Part shown: in pieces, positions 16,726 through 27,596 of the stretch | Position numbering within the stretch: position 1 is the stretch's first letter | How the letters are laid out: every line of letters starts with the position of its first letter | Assembly: GCA_964517155.1 (NCBI GenBank) | Contig: CAZFAZ010000027.1 | Location: forward strand, 1-36,031 | Direction: 5' to 3' | From: an uncultured Thermoplasmatales archaeon | Lineage (GTDB): Archaea; Thermoplasmatota; E2; DHVEG-1 | DNA length: 36,031 bases | The notes under the pieces: generated by a model | Told to the model about the DNA's origin: nothing | The model's database searches: none | Seen by the model: the letters and a program-made list of their open reading frames with translations, nothing else | Program-made: the position numbers and the translations under genes

Positions 16726-16860
16726 ATTACACACCTCGCCTTTTAAAAAAGACAATAATTATAATTATAACTATTATATAAAAATTTTCATACAAAATAT
16801 TATTATATTACTAAAACAACTTATAATTATAGAAAAAAACCTGAATGAAGGGGGAGCCTA

Positions 16861-19800
16861 TTGCTGCTTAAAAAACTAATGCTAGTATCTATAATATTAT
16901 TACTTTTTTTATCAAACATTAGTTTAATCGTTAACGCGCAGCAAGAAGAACCACCAATCTGGAATGCAAATTGGAAATACAGACAAGAAATAATATTGCC
17001 AATTTCAACAGATGACAAATATACAATATCTCAACCTATAGACATAGAAGTTAATTTTAAAAATTCTTGTTGGGGAAAAAGCAACGAACTAAATTCGATA
17101 CGTGTAGTCGTATGGAATGGACAAAATTGGCAGGAAATCGAATCACAAGTATATGACACAGTATTTGAAAAAAATAAAGACATTATAAAAAAATGTGGAT
17201 TGGTTTTTTTAATACCAGCTTTTGCCAATGGTAAAGAAAGATATTTTGTATATTATGACAGCCATGAAAAAGAGGCTGCATCATATACCGATCATGTATC
17301 TATAGAAGATTCATACTATTATTATGAACCAATCTCTAGCATCTCAGCTGAAGGTGATTACTATAAGATAACTGAAGATGGATATGTAGTATTTGGCGTT
17401 GGTCAAAAAGGAAAAGTTCTTTATCGGAGTCTATCAAACAATGTTGTAAAAATGAAACCTGGCTCAAAAGAGTTTGGCATAACAAACTCTGAAAGTACAG
17501 TTTCATTTAGTTTTGCTTATCATAAAGGATTTGAAGATAAAGATGAAATATCATCTGATCAGAAACTTGTTTCAAAAAATATAAACATAGATGGAAATCT
17601 AATGGTTGAATTTGTAATAATAAGTGAATCAGATGATAAAAATCTAAGAACTACAGTTGTTTACAAATACTACTATTGTCCAACTGAGAACAAAAGAATA
17701 AATGCTAATGTCAAACATCAAGTCTTTGAAGAATGTACAGTTAAAGGACTTACAGATGTAGATGGAAGATATGGTGCAATTATCTCTTATCAATCTAAAA
17801 GTGAACGTATAGAAAAAATGCGTTTTGGTGAGATATATCCGTTTTTACATGTATACAGTGAAGAGGGAAGCATAAAAGAATACAATATTAACACCAACCC
17901 GAAGGGAAAAGAAAGAGAATGGATAATATCCTCCAAAGATGAATGCACACTTGGTGAAAACGCCTGGTTTTCATATGATGAAGGAGAAAAAGGACTTGCT
18001 CAAGGAGTTATTTTTTCACAAAATAAAAATATAGTAAAATACCCCGAAAATGAAATAGACGGAATACAAATAAAAGTTGCAGAAAAAGAAATATTAAATG
18101 CAATAGGTACTAAAATGGATTATGCTGCAATAAACTTTGGACGCAATTCTTACAAAAATGGTGTACATGACCTTGTTATACCTGCAGGTTTTACAGTTGA
18201 ATACGATGCAGTATTTTTTACAACCCAAACTGGAGGTTATCCTGAAATAGCAAAGGAAAGCACAATATATCAAACTCTTATAAAACATAGATACAAGCAA
18301 GAATGGGATTCAGATGGACAAGAAGATAGAAATATCTACACACTAAAAGTTATTCCTCGTTTTACTGCAAGGCTTTTTTCACATCCCTTTTTTTCAGAAA
18401 TAACTAATCTAAACCTTTCAGAAATTTATGCTGAACTATACAAAAATGGAGAATACATATGTACAGGTCATACTCAAAAAATATTAATTGGTGCACCAAA
18501 AATTATATTTCCAAAGCTTTCAGAAGGAGAATACTTCATAAAGATTATGAGGAAAAAAAGTAACGATGAATTAAGTTTCATAGGATTTGAAAAAGTCAAT
18601 ATTTCAACTGATAAAGATGTCGATATTTTCTGCACCTGGCCAAGAGATATACAAATTCAGATAACTGATCAAAAAAATCAAAAAATAAAAGATGTACAAC
18701 TTGTGATATATTCAAATAACACAATTATTTGCTCTAATCTTTCAAATGAGGTCGATGAAAATATTTTTACAGTTCCCTTCAAATTTTTTAAAACATATAC
18801 TTTAGAAGGCGTATACAAAGGTTTTAAAGTTATTAATTATGAAATTCCTATATTAAAAAATAAAATAGAGCAATCCTTTGAGGTATATGACTTATCTTTT
18901 GATATACGAGATACATATGGTTTTACGCCGGGAGTAGATGCTAAGATATATCTGATAAGCAATGACATGATTTTACCATTTGAAATATATCCTCAAGAGA
19001 TAGGAAATGGAAAATATTTATTTGAAAAAATACCAGCAGCAGATTATAATCTTTACATATTATATGCAAGTTACTCTCAGGTTTTTCCTATTAAAATACC
19101 ATCTGAAAAAGAAATTTTAGATATTACCTTTGAAGCAATTTATAAACTAGAAACATCTCTTTTTGATTCAAGAGGAAATGCTATTGAGAAAAATGAAAGA
19201 CACCTTGCAATTTACAGAGAATCAATAAAGATAACAGATAATATCTCACCAGACAAAATAATTTCTCTTCCGCCTGGAGAATATAATATTTATGTTTATG
19301 AAAAACAAGATGTAATTGGTTTTAAAAATATTTTTTTAACAAATGATAGAAAAATAAATATTGTTACAAACGTTAAATCTATTATTCCAAATATTATAAC
19401 TGTTTTATCAATTATATTTATAATACAAATTATTGTTTTACTGCTTTTCAAGAAAATCTCTTTGAATTCATTTTTGAAACTATTAACGCTCAGCCTTATA
19501 TTATTATCAATTATGCTGCCCTGGTGGTCGCTATATGCCTCAAATGCTGAAATAAACGCCGAAAAAACAATTGAAATGTTTTTATCGCCTGCTTCAATGA
19601 TTGAAGAAATTAGTTATAAAAACATAGTTTATCGCGATATGGCAAACATACCTGATATCTTTACAAATTTTTTAAATGGACTTGCAGTAATATTATGCGC
19701 AGGTTTTGTTTTAATAAGCCTAAGTTTCATACCAAACATAATTTATAAGAAAAGATTTGCTTTGATTTTGATTGTCGGAAGTATCTTGTTTTTAATTCTT

Positions 19801-20022
19801 TTTGCAGGTGCTTTTATATTTGGTATGTCACAAATAACAGAACTTACACTTGGAAGCCTACAAAATCAAGGTGTTTTAGAAGTTATTTTGCCAGATAAAA
19901 ATATTGCATATATGCAAGCCTCCTGGGGTGTCGGCACAGGTTTTTATTTATCAATAATTGCTGCGTTAACTACCTTAACTGCAGGCATTATAGATTATTT
20001 AAGAAAAATCAAAATGCTATAA
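16861..20022 (+). CDS. large exported beta-rich protein with C-terminal multi-TM anchor (1053 aa)
   Basis: Signal peptide (...IVNA/QQ), WNANWKYRQEI DUF2341-like start, repeated L..G.Y beta-sandwich units, about 5 C-terminal hydrophobic helices; TTG start with SD GGGGAG. Confidence 0.85.
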   Translation: MLLKKLMLVSIILLLFLSNISLIVNAQQEEPPIWNANWKYRQEIILPISTDDKYTISQPIDIEVNFKNSCWGKSNELNSIRVVVWNGQNWQEIESQVYDTVFEKNKDIIKKCGLVFLIPAFANGKERYFVYYDSHEKEAASYTDHVSIEDSYYYYEPISSISAEGDYYKITEDGYVVFGVGQKGKVLYRSLSNNVVKMKPGSKEFGITNSESTVSFSFAYHKGFEDKDEISSDQKLVSKNINIDGNLMVEFVIISESDDKNLRTTVVYKYYYCPTENKRINANVKHQVFEECTVKGLTDVDGRYGAIISYQSKSERIEKMRFGEIYPFLHVYSEEGSIKEYNINTNPKGKEREWIISSKDECTLGENAWFSYDEGEKGLAQGVIFSQNKNIVKYPENEIDGIQIKVAEKEILNAIGTKMDYAAINFGRNSYKNGVHDLVIPAGFTVEYDAVFFTTQTGGYPEIAKESTIYQTLIKHRYKQEWDSDGQEDRNIYTLKVIPRFTARLFSHPFFSEITNLNLSEIYAELYKNGEYICTGHTQKILIGAPKIIFPKLSEGEYFIKIMRKKSNDELSFIGFEKVNISTDKDVDIFCTWPRDIQIQITDQKNQKIKDVQLVIYSNNTIICSNLSNEVDENIFTVPFKFFKTYTLEGVYKGFKVINYEIPILKNKIEQSFEVYDLSFDIRDTYGFTPGVDAKIYLISNDMILPFEIYPQEIGNGKYLFEKIPAADYNLYILYASYSQVFPIKIPSEKEILDITFEAIYKLETSLFDSRGNAIEKNERHLAIYRESIKITDNISPDKIISLPPGEYNIYVYEKQDVIGFKNIFLTNDRKINIVTNVKSIIPNIITVLSIIFIIQIIVLLLFKKISLNSFLKLLTLSLILLSIMLPWWSLYASNAEINAEKTIEMFLSPASMIEEISYKNIVYRDMANIPDIFTNFLNGLAVILCAGFVLISLSFIPNIIYKKRFALILIVGSILFLILFAGAFIFGMSQITELTLGSLQNQGVLEVILPDKNIAYMQASWGVGTGFYLSIIAALTTLTAGIIDYLRKIKML

Positions 20023-20024
20023 AA

Positions 20025-20525
20025 TTAAACATTTAGGTTTTTTATTCTTTTATAACCATCTATTTTTTTGATTATTTGCACACAAGATTTAGGCACAAGA
20101 TGCTCCCAAGATTCATCTTCAGAAATTCTTTTACGTATTTCTTTACCAGAATATTCTTTTTTATTAAAAAGTAGTGTTTCTTTTACTTTAAAACCTTTTT
20201 CTTCAAATAGTTTTTTTGTTAAAAGATTATTTGATATTACAACATCAAAATCATCTGTAATTGATAAAACATGATCAACCCATTTTGGAGGGTTATGTAT
20301 ATCTGGTATCAAAACTATCTTATAGTTTGTAATTTTTTCTTTTTTTAGTGACTCTTTTATCATCAAAACTCGTTCATCAGAAGAAAAAGGGTTATCTAAA
20401 GCATTGCTATACTGAGATGAGCCTATGCCAATTAGTATTTTATCATATGCTTCTGAAAGGTGCTTTATTACTTCTAAATGACCTTTATGAAATGGTTGAA
20501 AACGACCGATAAACAATGCTTTCAT
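20025..20525 (-). CDS. nadM: nicotinamide-nucleotide adenylyltransferase
   Basis: FIGRFQPFHKGH, IGIGSSQ, NPFS..ER, SGKEIR. Confidence 0.94.
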   Translation of the reverse strand: MKALFIGRFQPFHKGHLEVIKHLSEAYDKILIGIGSSQYSNALDNPFSSDERVLMIKESLKKEKITNYKIVLIPDIHNPPKWVDHVLSITDDFDVVISNNLLTKKLFEEKGFKVKETLLFNKKEYSGKEIRKRISEDESWEHLVPKSCVQIIKKIDGYKRIKNLNV

Positions 20526-20594
20526 AGTTTTTTACCTAAAAAACAATATTTGTTGTTTGTTTAAAACGTTAATTAAAAAAGAAGATAAAATGTT

Positions 20595-22655
20595 TTATTT
20601 TGAAGAAACTTGTTCTTTAATCTGAGTTTTTGTCAGTTTTTTCTCGGATTCAAGCTCTATTTTACCTGATATCTGCAGTGGCTTCATCGCTTTAAGTTTC
20701 TTGAGAAGTTGTTCTTTTCCTTTACCAACAAGCGCATGTTCTATTACTTCAGGTAGCGTTTCAACGGGTATTATTTGTATTTTATCCTTGTATTTATCCT
20801 CAATTAATACATCATTAAGGTTTGCTTTTGGAATAATTACTTTTTTAATGCCTGCCTTTGCGGCTGCTTCAATTTTTGCTGTTGCACCACCAATAGGCAA
20901 AACTGTACCACGGATGCTAAGTGAACCAGTCATCGCTACATCCTGAGAAACAGGAATTCCTTCCATAGCTGAAATAACTGCTGTTGTTACAGCAATACTT
21001 GCTGAATCTCCTTCAAGGCCTTCATATGTTCCAATAAACTGGATATGAATATCTTTTTTAGAGATATCATGAGCCATATATTTTTTTATAATAGCAGAAA
21101 TATTTAGAACAGATTCTTTTGCAATTTCACCAAGTTTACCAGTTGCAATAACTTTTCCTTCAGATTGAGAACCTGCAGGTGTTACATCTGCAACAATAGG
21201 TAGGACAAGACCTGAAAATTCACTCATTGAAGGATCTGCTGAATGTACAGCAAGACCATTTACAACACCAATTTCTTGACCGCGTGTTTTAAAAGATCTG
21301 TAATCCTGACGCTGTTCAATTGCACGATCAACTACCTGCTGCTCCAATGATTTAGCAATCTTTTTTGCTTCAAGAACATGACTTTGAGTAACAATTTTAT
21401 CGCCTGATTCATAAGCAATATCTCCTGCTGCACGAACAAGACCGCCAAGCTCACGAAGACGCAAGGAAAGTTTACCTTTTCGGCCAGCACGTCTTTGTGC
21501 TTCATGGATAATTTCACATACAGCATCACGATCAAACGCAGAGATTTTTTCATCTTTTTTTACTTCTTGAGCGACAAAACGAATTAGTTTTTCACGGTTT
21601 TCATTAGTATCATCCATATTACTGTTTAAATACACTTCATATCCATAACCACGTACACGACTGCGAAGAGCAGGATGCATGCCTTTTAATGCATCAAGGT
21701 TACCTGCGGATACAAGAATAAAATCACATGGAACAGGCTCTGTTTTAACCATTGCACCAAAGCTACGCTCAGACTGCCCAGTTATCTGGAATTTTTTTTC
21801 CTGAATTGCCGTCAATAGATGTTGTTGTGATGGTAAACTTAATGTATTTATCTCATCAATATAAAGAACTCCTTTATGCGCACGATGAATGGCGCCGGCT
21901 TCTACAAGCTGATGTGGTGGTGTTTCAAGACCTGCAGACTGAAATGGATCATGACGAACATCACCAAGAAGTGCACCAGAGTGTGCTGCTGTTGCATCAA
22001 TAAACGGTGGTAAATCCTTCTTTTCATGAGCAACTAAAATCTTTGGAACGCCATGTAAATTATTACGTTGCATCAAAGCACCACGTGAAAAAATCAAGAA
22101 AATAAAAAACGCTGCAATAGCTCCAAAGAATAAGTAAGTAAATTCAAATTCTCCTGTGCCATTTAAAACAGGATAAAAAGCAGCTACTGCTGCAAGCATA
22201 AAAATCATAACCGCAACCCAAATTATCATGCTGTTCTGCTGTTCTTTCTTTTTCTTCGCCTCATTCCTTTGAGATTTTACTATCTCATTTGCTTTACCAC
22301 CCGGAACAACACGGATATGCGGAGTATTAGAATCATCGTTATTTGGATACGCAATAATATCTTCAAGCTCTTCTTTAGGCAAAAATGTAGTCATAGCACG
22401 AGCAACCATAGATTTACCAGTGCCAGGATCGCCTATAAGCATAACATGACGTTTCTGCTCTGCTGCTTTATGAACTATATCTACTGCTTTGTCTTGACCT
22501 ATAACTTGATCTAGTAAAATTTCTGGAACTTTTATATCAGCAGTTGTTTTAAAATTCTGATTTTTTATCCATTCATCAATAGGCTGCATCTCTTTTAATT
22601 TTTCAGCATTAATTTGTTTTTTATCATTATTTATATCTGTCAATTTGTCCACCAT
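20595..22655 (-). CDS. lonB: membrane-bound ATP-dependent protease LonB
   Basis: Walker A GDPGTGKS, two TM helices inside the AAA domain, IDEI, catalytic EGDSAS...K; no intein. ATG 22655 preferred over GTG 22688. Confidence 0.96.
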   Translation of the reverse strand: MVDKLTDINNDKKQINAEKLKEMQPIDEWIKNQNFKTTADIKVPEILLDQVIGQDKAVDIVHKAAEQKRHVMLIGDPGTGKSMVARAMTTFLPKEELEDIIAYPNNDDSNTPHIRVVPGGKANEIVKSQRNEAKKKKEQQNSMIIWVAVMIFMLAAVAAFYPVLNGTGEFEFTYLFFGAIAAFFIFLIFSRGALMQRNNLHGVPKILVAHEKKDLPPFIDATAAHSGALLGDVRHDPFQSAGLETPPHQLVEAGAIHRAHKGVLYIDEINTLSLPSQQHLLTAIQEKKFQITGQSERSFGAMVKTEPVPCDFILVSAGNLDALKGMHPALRSRVRGYGYEVYLNSNMDDTNENREKLIRFVAQEVKKDEKISAFDRDAVCEIIHEAQRRAGRKGKLSLRLRELGGLVRAAGDIAYESGDKIVTQSHVLEAKKIAKSLEQQVVDRAIEQRQDYRSFKTRGQEIGVVNGLAVHSADPSMSEFSGLVLPIVADVTPAGSQSEGKVIATGKLGEIAKESVLNISAIIKKYMAHDISKKDIHIQFIGTYEGLEGDSASIAVTTAVISAMEGIPVSQDVAMTGSLSIRGTVLPIGGATAKIEAAAKAGIKKVIIPKANLNDVLIEDKYKDKIQIIPVETLPEVIEHALVGKGKEQLLKKLKAMKPLQISGKIELESEKKLTKTQIKEQVSSK

Positions 22656-22799
22656 ATCTGCAATTTCCTGATGATTCAAAGGAAACACTCATAACAACTT
22701 TTGTAACTGTTGTATAATAGAGCCATATTTCAATTTTTCTTTTATTCAATAGTTATTAGAAATATTTATTTAAGGATATCAGTTTTATACTAAAAAATA

Positions 22800-23243
22800 T
22801 TGGTGGAGGAAAAATATAATATGTTAAAAGATGAAATAATGTCTAAAGTAGGAATGTATTCTTTTATAACAGGAATAATTATAGCTGGTCTTCTAGGAAT
22901 AGTCGAAGCAGTAATGAAGCTTGATGGAAAGGCAGAAACAATTCCCATATTTAGTTCAGATTTATCTGGAATACTTGCTTGGATACTAGTAATACTTGGT
23001 ATCATAATAGGGTTATTAACAGTACTTGGAGAAGGAACAATTACAAAAAAAGAAACACCAGGTTTTTTAATAGCCGGAATAGCACTACTTGTTATGTATG
23101 CAGTATTCAGAGATTTACCAACAAATCTTGGCGGCGTTAAAGAAATACTAGAAAGCATATCATTTACAATTGCAATCTTTGTAGGACCAATTGTTGCATG
23201 TCTTGCATTAAAAGCAATTTGGGATATGGGAAAAGACGTCTAA
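22800..23243 (+). CDS. 4-TM membrane protein of unknown function (paralog of 7748-8176)
   Basis: Four hydrophobic helices; shared motifs with 7748-8176; start may be ATG 22821. Confidence 0.85.
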   Translation: MVEEKYNMLKDEIMSKVGMYSFITGIIIAGLLGIVEAVMKLDGKAETIPIFSSDLSGILAWILVILGIIIGLLTVLGEGTITKKETPGFLIAGIALLVMYAVFRDLPTNLGGVKEILESISFTIAIFVGPIVACLALKAIWDMGKDV

Positions 23244-23263
23244 ACAATCTTTATTCTTTTTTT

Positions 23264-23422
23264 TTATTTTAAATAATACCAAAAAAGCAAAAAAGAGATA
23301 CCAAAAATCATAAAGATTATAAAAAGAATATAAAAAAATTTTATTCTAACAAGCCATTTTGCCTTTTTTTCAGGTGTATCAAAAAACCTTCCAAGTATTG
23401 GGTCTTCTTCTATTTTATTCAT
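23264..23422 (-). CDS. 52-aa single-TM protein coupled to atpD, not in ORF track
   Basis: MNKIEEDPILGRFFDTPEKKAKWLVRIKFFYILFIIFMIFGISFLLFWYYLK; its ATG overlaps the atpD TGA (ATGA). Confidence 0.72.
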   Translation of the reverse strand: MNKIEEDPILGRFFDTPEKKAKWLVRIKFFYILFIIFMIFGISFLLFWYYLK

Positions 23423-24069
23423 TTTTTACTCTTTTTTGCTTCCATTAAAGCTTTAATTCTTTTTCTTCTAAAAAAATCCTCTCTTTCTCTTTCCTCAAGT
23501 TGCATTTCAATATATTTAATTGTTGATTTAAGCTTTGGAATAAGATTGTTTTCAAGTACATTTACCCTTCTCTTGGTTTTTTCTATTTCAACAGCTAGTG
23601 ATTTAATACTTCCTTCTAAATCCGCTAGATCCACAAGTTTTGTTAAAACTTGTTTGAATTCTTGCTGTGCATCATCTAATTTTGAACAAGTATCAATAAA
23701 ACTATAACTAGGCTCAAGCTCTTGTTTAATCTGTGATTTGTTCATCTTTGGTATTTTTACACCCATAATATTGTCTGTTTCAATATCAATTGTGCCAATA
23801 TCTGGTGTCACATGTGAGATTTCATCTACTTTTTTTTCACCAAGTATCATCTGTGACTGGATAAGTGATAAAAAAGCATTTGAAAAATAAGAATCAAGTT
23901 GTTTTATAAGTTCAGTTCTTTTGTGAATTATTCCAAAGAATTTTTCTACAAGAGCATCTCTTTTTTCTTCTAAGAGTTTATGTCCTTTTTCAGCTAATAC
24001 TAATTTTTTACGAATATCAAGTAAATCCATTCTGGTAGGGCTTACACCCTCCATTATCTGCTCTGCCAT
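23419..24069 (-). CDS. atpD: A/V-type ATP synthase subunit D
   Basis: PTRMDL, GHKLLEEKRDAL, EIEKTKRRVNVLE, LEEREREDF. Confidence 0.96.
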   Translation of the reverse strand: MAEQIMEGVSPTRMDLLDIRKKLVLAEKGHKLLEEKRDALVEKFFGIIHKRTELIKQLDSYFSNAFLSLIQSQMILGEKKVDEISHVTPDIGTIDIETDNIMGVKIPKMNKSQIKQELEPSYSFIDTCSKLDDAQQEFKQVLTKLVDLADLEGSIKSLAVEIEKTKRRVNVLENNLIPKLKSTIKYIEMQLEEREREDFFRRKRIKALMEAKKSKK

Positions 24070-24075
24070 ATTATT

Positions 24076-25476
24076 CTACTCTTTCTTTATTTTTTCAGGA
24101 TGATATTTTTTAATGTATTTTTCATCAATTTTCTTAAGTTCTGCTTTTGGCAGCATTGAAAGTAACTTCCAACCAATTGTTAGGGTCTGCTGTATTGTTC
24201 TATCTTCATGTTTATCCTGCTGGACAAATTGTTTTTCAAATTCATCTGCAAAATGCAAGAAACTTTGATCACGCTCAGATAGTGCTTCTTCACCTACAAT
24301 TGCAACAAGATCGCGTAGGTCACATCCTTCAGCATATGCTGCATAAAGCTGGTTTGAAACATCGGCATGATCTTCTCTTGTTCTACCTTCACCTATACCT
24401 CCATCCATCAAACGAGATAGACACGGCAAAACAGCTACTGGTGGATAAATACCTTTTTTGTTAAGACTTCTATCTAAGACGATTTGACCTTCTGTAATGT
24501 AACCCGTGAGATCGGGTATTGGATGGGTTATATCATCATCAGGCATTGTAAGCATAGGAATCTGAGTGATTGAACCCTTTTTACCTTTAATACGTCCTGC
24601 ACGCTCATAAATCATTGAAAGATCGGTATACATATAACCCGGATAACCACGTCTACCAGGAACTTCTTCACGAGCCGCAGCAATTTCACGAAGTGCCTCT
24701 GCATAATTTGTAATATCTGTAAGGATTACTAAGACATGCATATCAAGATCAAATGCAAGATATTCTGCACAAGTAAGAGCCATACGTGGCAAGATTACCC
24801 GCTCAATTGTTGGGTCATCTGCAAGATTTAAAAACATAACAGTACGCTCAAGTGCACCTGTATTTTCAAAATCACGAATAAAAAGATTTGCTTCTTCAGC
24901 AGTTATTCCCATTGCACAAAATACTACTGCAAATTTTTCTTCTTTTCCAAGAACTTTTGCCTGACGAGCGATTTGAGCAGCCATCTCGTTATGTGGGAGT
25001 CCTGCACCTGAAAAAATTGGTAATTTCTGACCACGAACAAGAGTGTTAAGACCATCTACTGTAGATATTCCTGTTTGAATAAACTCTTGTGGATACTGAC
25101 GGGAATAAGGATTAATAGGATTTCCATTAATATCACGACGCTCATCTGGAATTATCTGTGGTGCATCATCTATTGGATTTCCTGTTCCATTAAAGATTCT
25201 GCCAAGCATATCTTTTGACACACCAAGTTTCATGGTCTCTCCAATAAATCTTGCACTAGTTTTATCAGTGTCAAGCCCTTTAGTTCCTTCAAAAACTTGA
25301 ATGACTGCTTTATCAAGAAATGCTTCAAGTACTTGCCCTGTTCGCTCTTCACCAGATGCAAGTTTTATTTTTACAACTTCGTTGTATGCAACATTTTTTA
25401 GCCCATCAACAATCATAAGAGGTCCTGTAACTTCAGTAACAGTTGTATACTCTATGTCTTTGTTGCTCATCGTCAT
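24076..25476 (-). CDS. atpB: A/V-type ATP synthase subunit B
   Basis: [39 protein letters not shown]. Confidence 0.97.
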   Translation of the reverse strand: MTMSNKDIEYTTVTEVTGPLMIVDGLKNVAYNEVVKIKLASGEERTGQVLEAFLDKAVIQVFEGTKGLDTDKTSARFIGETMKLGVSKDMLGRIFNGTGNPIDDAPQIIPDERRDINGNPINPYSRQYPQEFIQTGISTVDGLNTLVRGQKLPIFSGAGLPHNEMAAQIARQAKVLGKEEKFAVVFCAMGITAEEANLFIRDFENTGALERTVMFLNLADDPTIERVILPRMALTCAEYLAFDLDMHVLVILTDITNYAEALREIAAAREEVPGRRGYPGYMYTDLSMIYERAGRIKGKKGSITQIPMLTMPDDDITHPIPDLTGYITEGQIVLDRSLNKKGIYPPVAVLPCLSRLMDGGIGEGRTREDHADVSNQLYAAYAEGCDLRDLVAIVGEEALSERDQSFLHFADEFEKQFVQQDKHEDRTIQQTLTIGWKLLSMLPKAELKKIDEKYIKKYHPEKIKKE

Positions 25477-27251
25477 TTACCTCCTTTAATCAAAATCTGA
25501 ATTTCTTTTTCAAGTTCTTTTTCTGTTTCTGCAAATTGTTTTTCAAATTCTTTATTGGAAACATTTTTCATTCTAGCAAGATTTTCACGGCTTTTCATGC
25601 TGATTACATCATCAATATGAACATTTTTTGAAACAGCATCCATTACTAAATCATTGAATTTTAACATAAGGCGAATCATCTCATATTGCTTTTTACCCGG
25701 ACAGTATGTATCTACTTCATGAAACGCACTCTGCTGCAAGAAATCCTCACGAATCATACGAGCTGATTCAAGAGTAGCTCGCTCACGTGCGGGTAGAGCA
25801 TCTGGACCTACTAGTTTTACAATTTCTTGTAGTTCTGATTCTTTTTGAAGCAAAGCCATTGCTTTTGTACGAAGCTTTAACCAATCTTCACCGACTTGTT
25901 TTTTCCACCAGTTCTGAACTTCATCAAGATAAAGTGAATAAGATTTAAGCCAGTTAATCGATGGAAAATGACGACGATCTGCAAGATCTGCATCAAGTGC
26001 CCAAAAAACTTTTACAATACGAAGAGTGTTTTGTGCAACAGGCTCAGAAAAATCCCCGCCAGGAGGACTTACTGCACCCATTACAGATACACTTCCTTCT
26101 TTTTCTTTGGTGGATGTAAGCTTAACTCGTCCTGCACGCTCGTAAAACTCTGCAAGACGACTTGCAAGATACGCAGGATAACCTTCTTCACCGGGCATCT
26201 CCTCAAGACGTCCTGATATTTCACGCATAGCCTCTGCAAGACGACTGGTGCTATCTGCCATAAGTGCTACATCGTATCCCATATCACGATAGTATTCAGC
26301 AATAGTAATACCTGTATAAACACTAGCATCACGAGCAGCAACAGGCATATTACTTGTATTTGCAATAAGAACAGTACGATTCATAAGTGGCTCACCAGTT
26401 TTTGGATCTTTAAGCTCTGGAAACTCACGAAGAACATCAGTCATCTCATTTCCACGCTCACCGCATCCAACATAAACAACAACTTGAGCATCACTCCATT
26501 TTGCCAGCTGGTGTAAAGTTATCGTTTTTCCAGTGCCAAACCCCCCAGGGATTGCCGCAGTTCCACCTTTTGCAATCGGAAAAAAGGTATCAATTACACG
26601 TTGACCCGTTATTAGTGGTATACCCGGATCATATTTCTTTGAAACAGGCCTTGGCATTCTAACAGGCCAGCGTTGCATCATTTTAAGCACAATATCTTCC
26701 TTTTGAGTTGAAACAACACATATTGTATCTTCAACTGTATATTTTCCTTCTTTTTCAATTTCTAAAATTTTACCTTTTATATTTGGAGGGATAATAATTT
26801 TATGAATAATAATGGATGTTTCTTCAACCGTGCCTATTACATCACAACTTTGAACGATATCGCCTGGTTTTACAATGGGTTTAAAATTCCATTTTTTTGT
26901 TCTATCAAGTGCCGGTACTTCGACACCCCTGGTGATAAACTCACCTGTTTTTTTGACAATATCTGGTAGTGGTCTTTGTATTCCATCATAGATGTTTGTC
27001 AGAAGGCCTGGACCTAATTCAACAGAAAGCGGCTCATTTGTAGATATTACTTTTTCACCAGGCATAAGACCATTTGTATCCTCGTAAACTTGGATTATTG
27101 CATTATCTTGATTTAAACGGATTATTTCACCGATTAGATTTTCATCTCCAACTCTTACCACATCGTACATTTTTGTCCCGCGCATTCCATCTGCTTCTAT
27201 GACAGGGCCTGAAATTCGTATTATTCTACCTTGTGTGGCTTCTTTTTTCAT
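25473..27251 (-). CDS. atpA: A/V-type ATP synthase subunit A
   Basis: P-loop [28 protein letters not shown]; no intein. Confidence 0.97.
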   Translation of the reverse strand: MKKEATQGRIIRISGPVIEADGMRGTKMYDVVRVGDENLIGEIIRLNQDNAIIQVYEDTNGLMPGEKVISTNEPLSVELGPGLLTNIYDGIQRPLPDIVKKTGEFITRGVEVPALDRTKKWNFKPIVKPGDIVQSCDVIGTVEETSIIIHKIIIPPNIKGKILEIEKEGKYTVEDTICVVSTQKEDIVLKMMQRWPVRMPRPVSKKYDPGIPLITGQRVIDTFFPIAKGGTAAIPGGFGTGKTITLHQLAKWSDAQVVVYVGCGERGNEMTDVLREFPELKDPKTGEPLMNRTVLIANTSNMPVAARDASVYTGITIAEYYRDMGYDVALMADSTSRLAEAMREISGRLEEMPGEEGYPAYLASRLAEFYERAGRVKLTSTKEKEGSVSVMGAVSPPGGDFSEPVAQNTLRIVKVFWALDADLADRRHFPSINWLKSYSLYLDEVQNWWKKQVGEDWLKLRTKAMALLQKESELQEIVKLVGPDALPARERATLESARMIREDFLQQSAFHEVDTYCPGKKQYEMIRLMLKFNDLVMDAVSKNVHIDDVISMKSRENLARMKNVSNKEFEKQFAETEKELEKEIQILIKGGK

Positions 27252-27272
27252 ATGTTGTTTTCCTCCAAACTT

Positions 27273-27596
27273 TTATTTTATTTTTTCTTTATCTATTTCT
27301 ATTCCAACTGCTTTTTTAATAAGATGACTTACGAAATCGATATGATCTTTTTTCCTTCCTTTCTTATCAGGTATTTCAATTACGATTGGAATGTTATTTA
27401 TTAAACGATAATCTTTAAGATGATTGCCAAGTGTTTTTACTATTTCTTCTGTGATAAAAAGTATTCCAATATCATCTTTTTCTTTAATGTTATTCCAAAG
27501 TGACAGTTCGTTTTTATCTGCTATAAATAACTCTTTTACACCTGCAAGCCTAAGACCTGTTGCTGTATCTTTGTCGCATAAACCTGCAAGTTTCAT
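27273..27596 (-). CDS. atpF: A/V-type ATP synthase subunit F
   Basis: D.DTATGLRLAGV, P.VIEIP, IKKAVGI; operon position. Confidence 0.94.
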   Translation of the reverse strand: MKLAGLCDKDTATGLRLAGVKELFIADKNELSLWNNIKEKDDIGILFITEEIVKTLGNHLKDYRLINNIPIVIEIPDKKGRKKDHIDFVSHLIKKAVGIEIDKEKIK

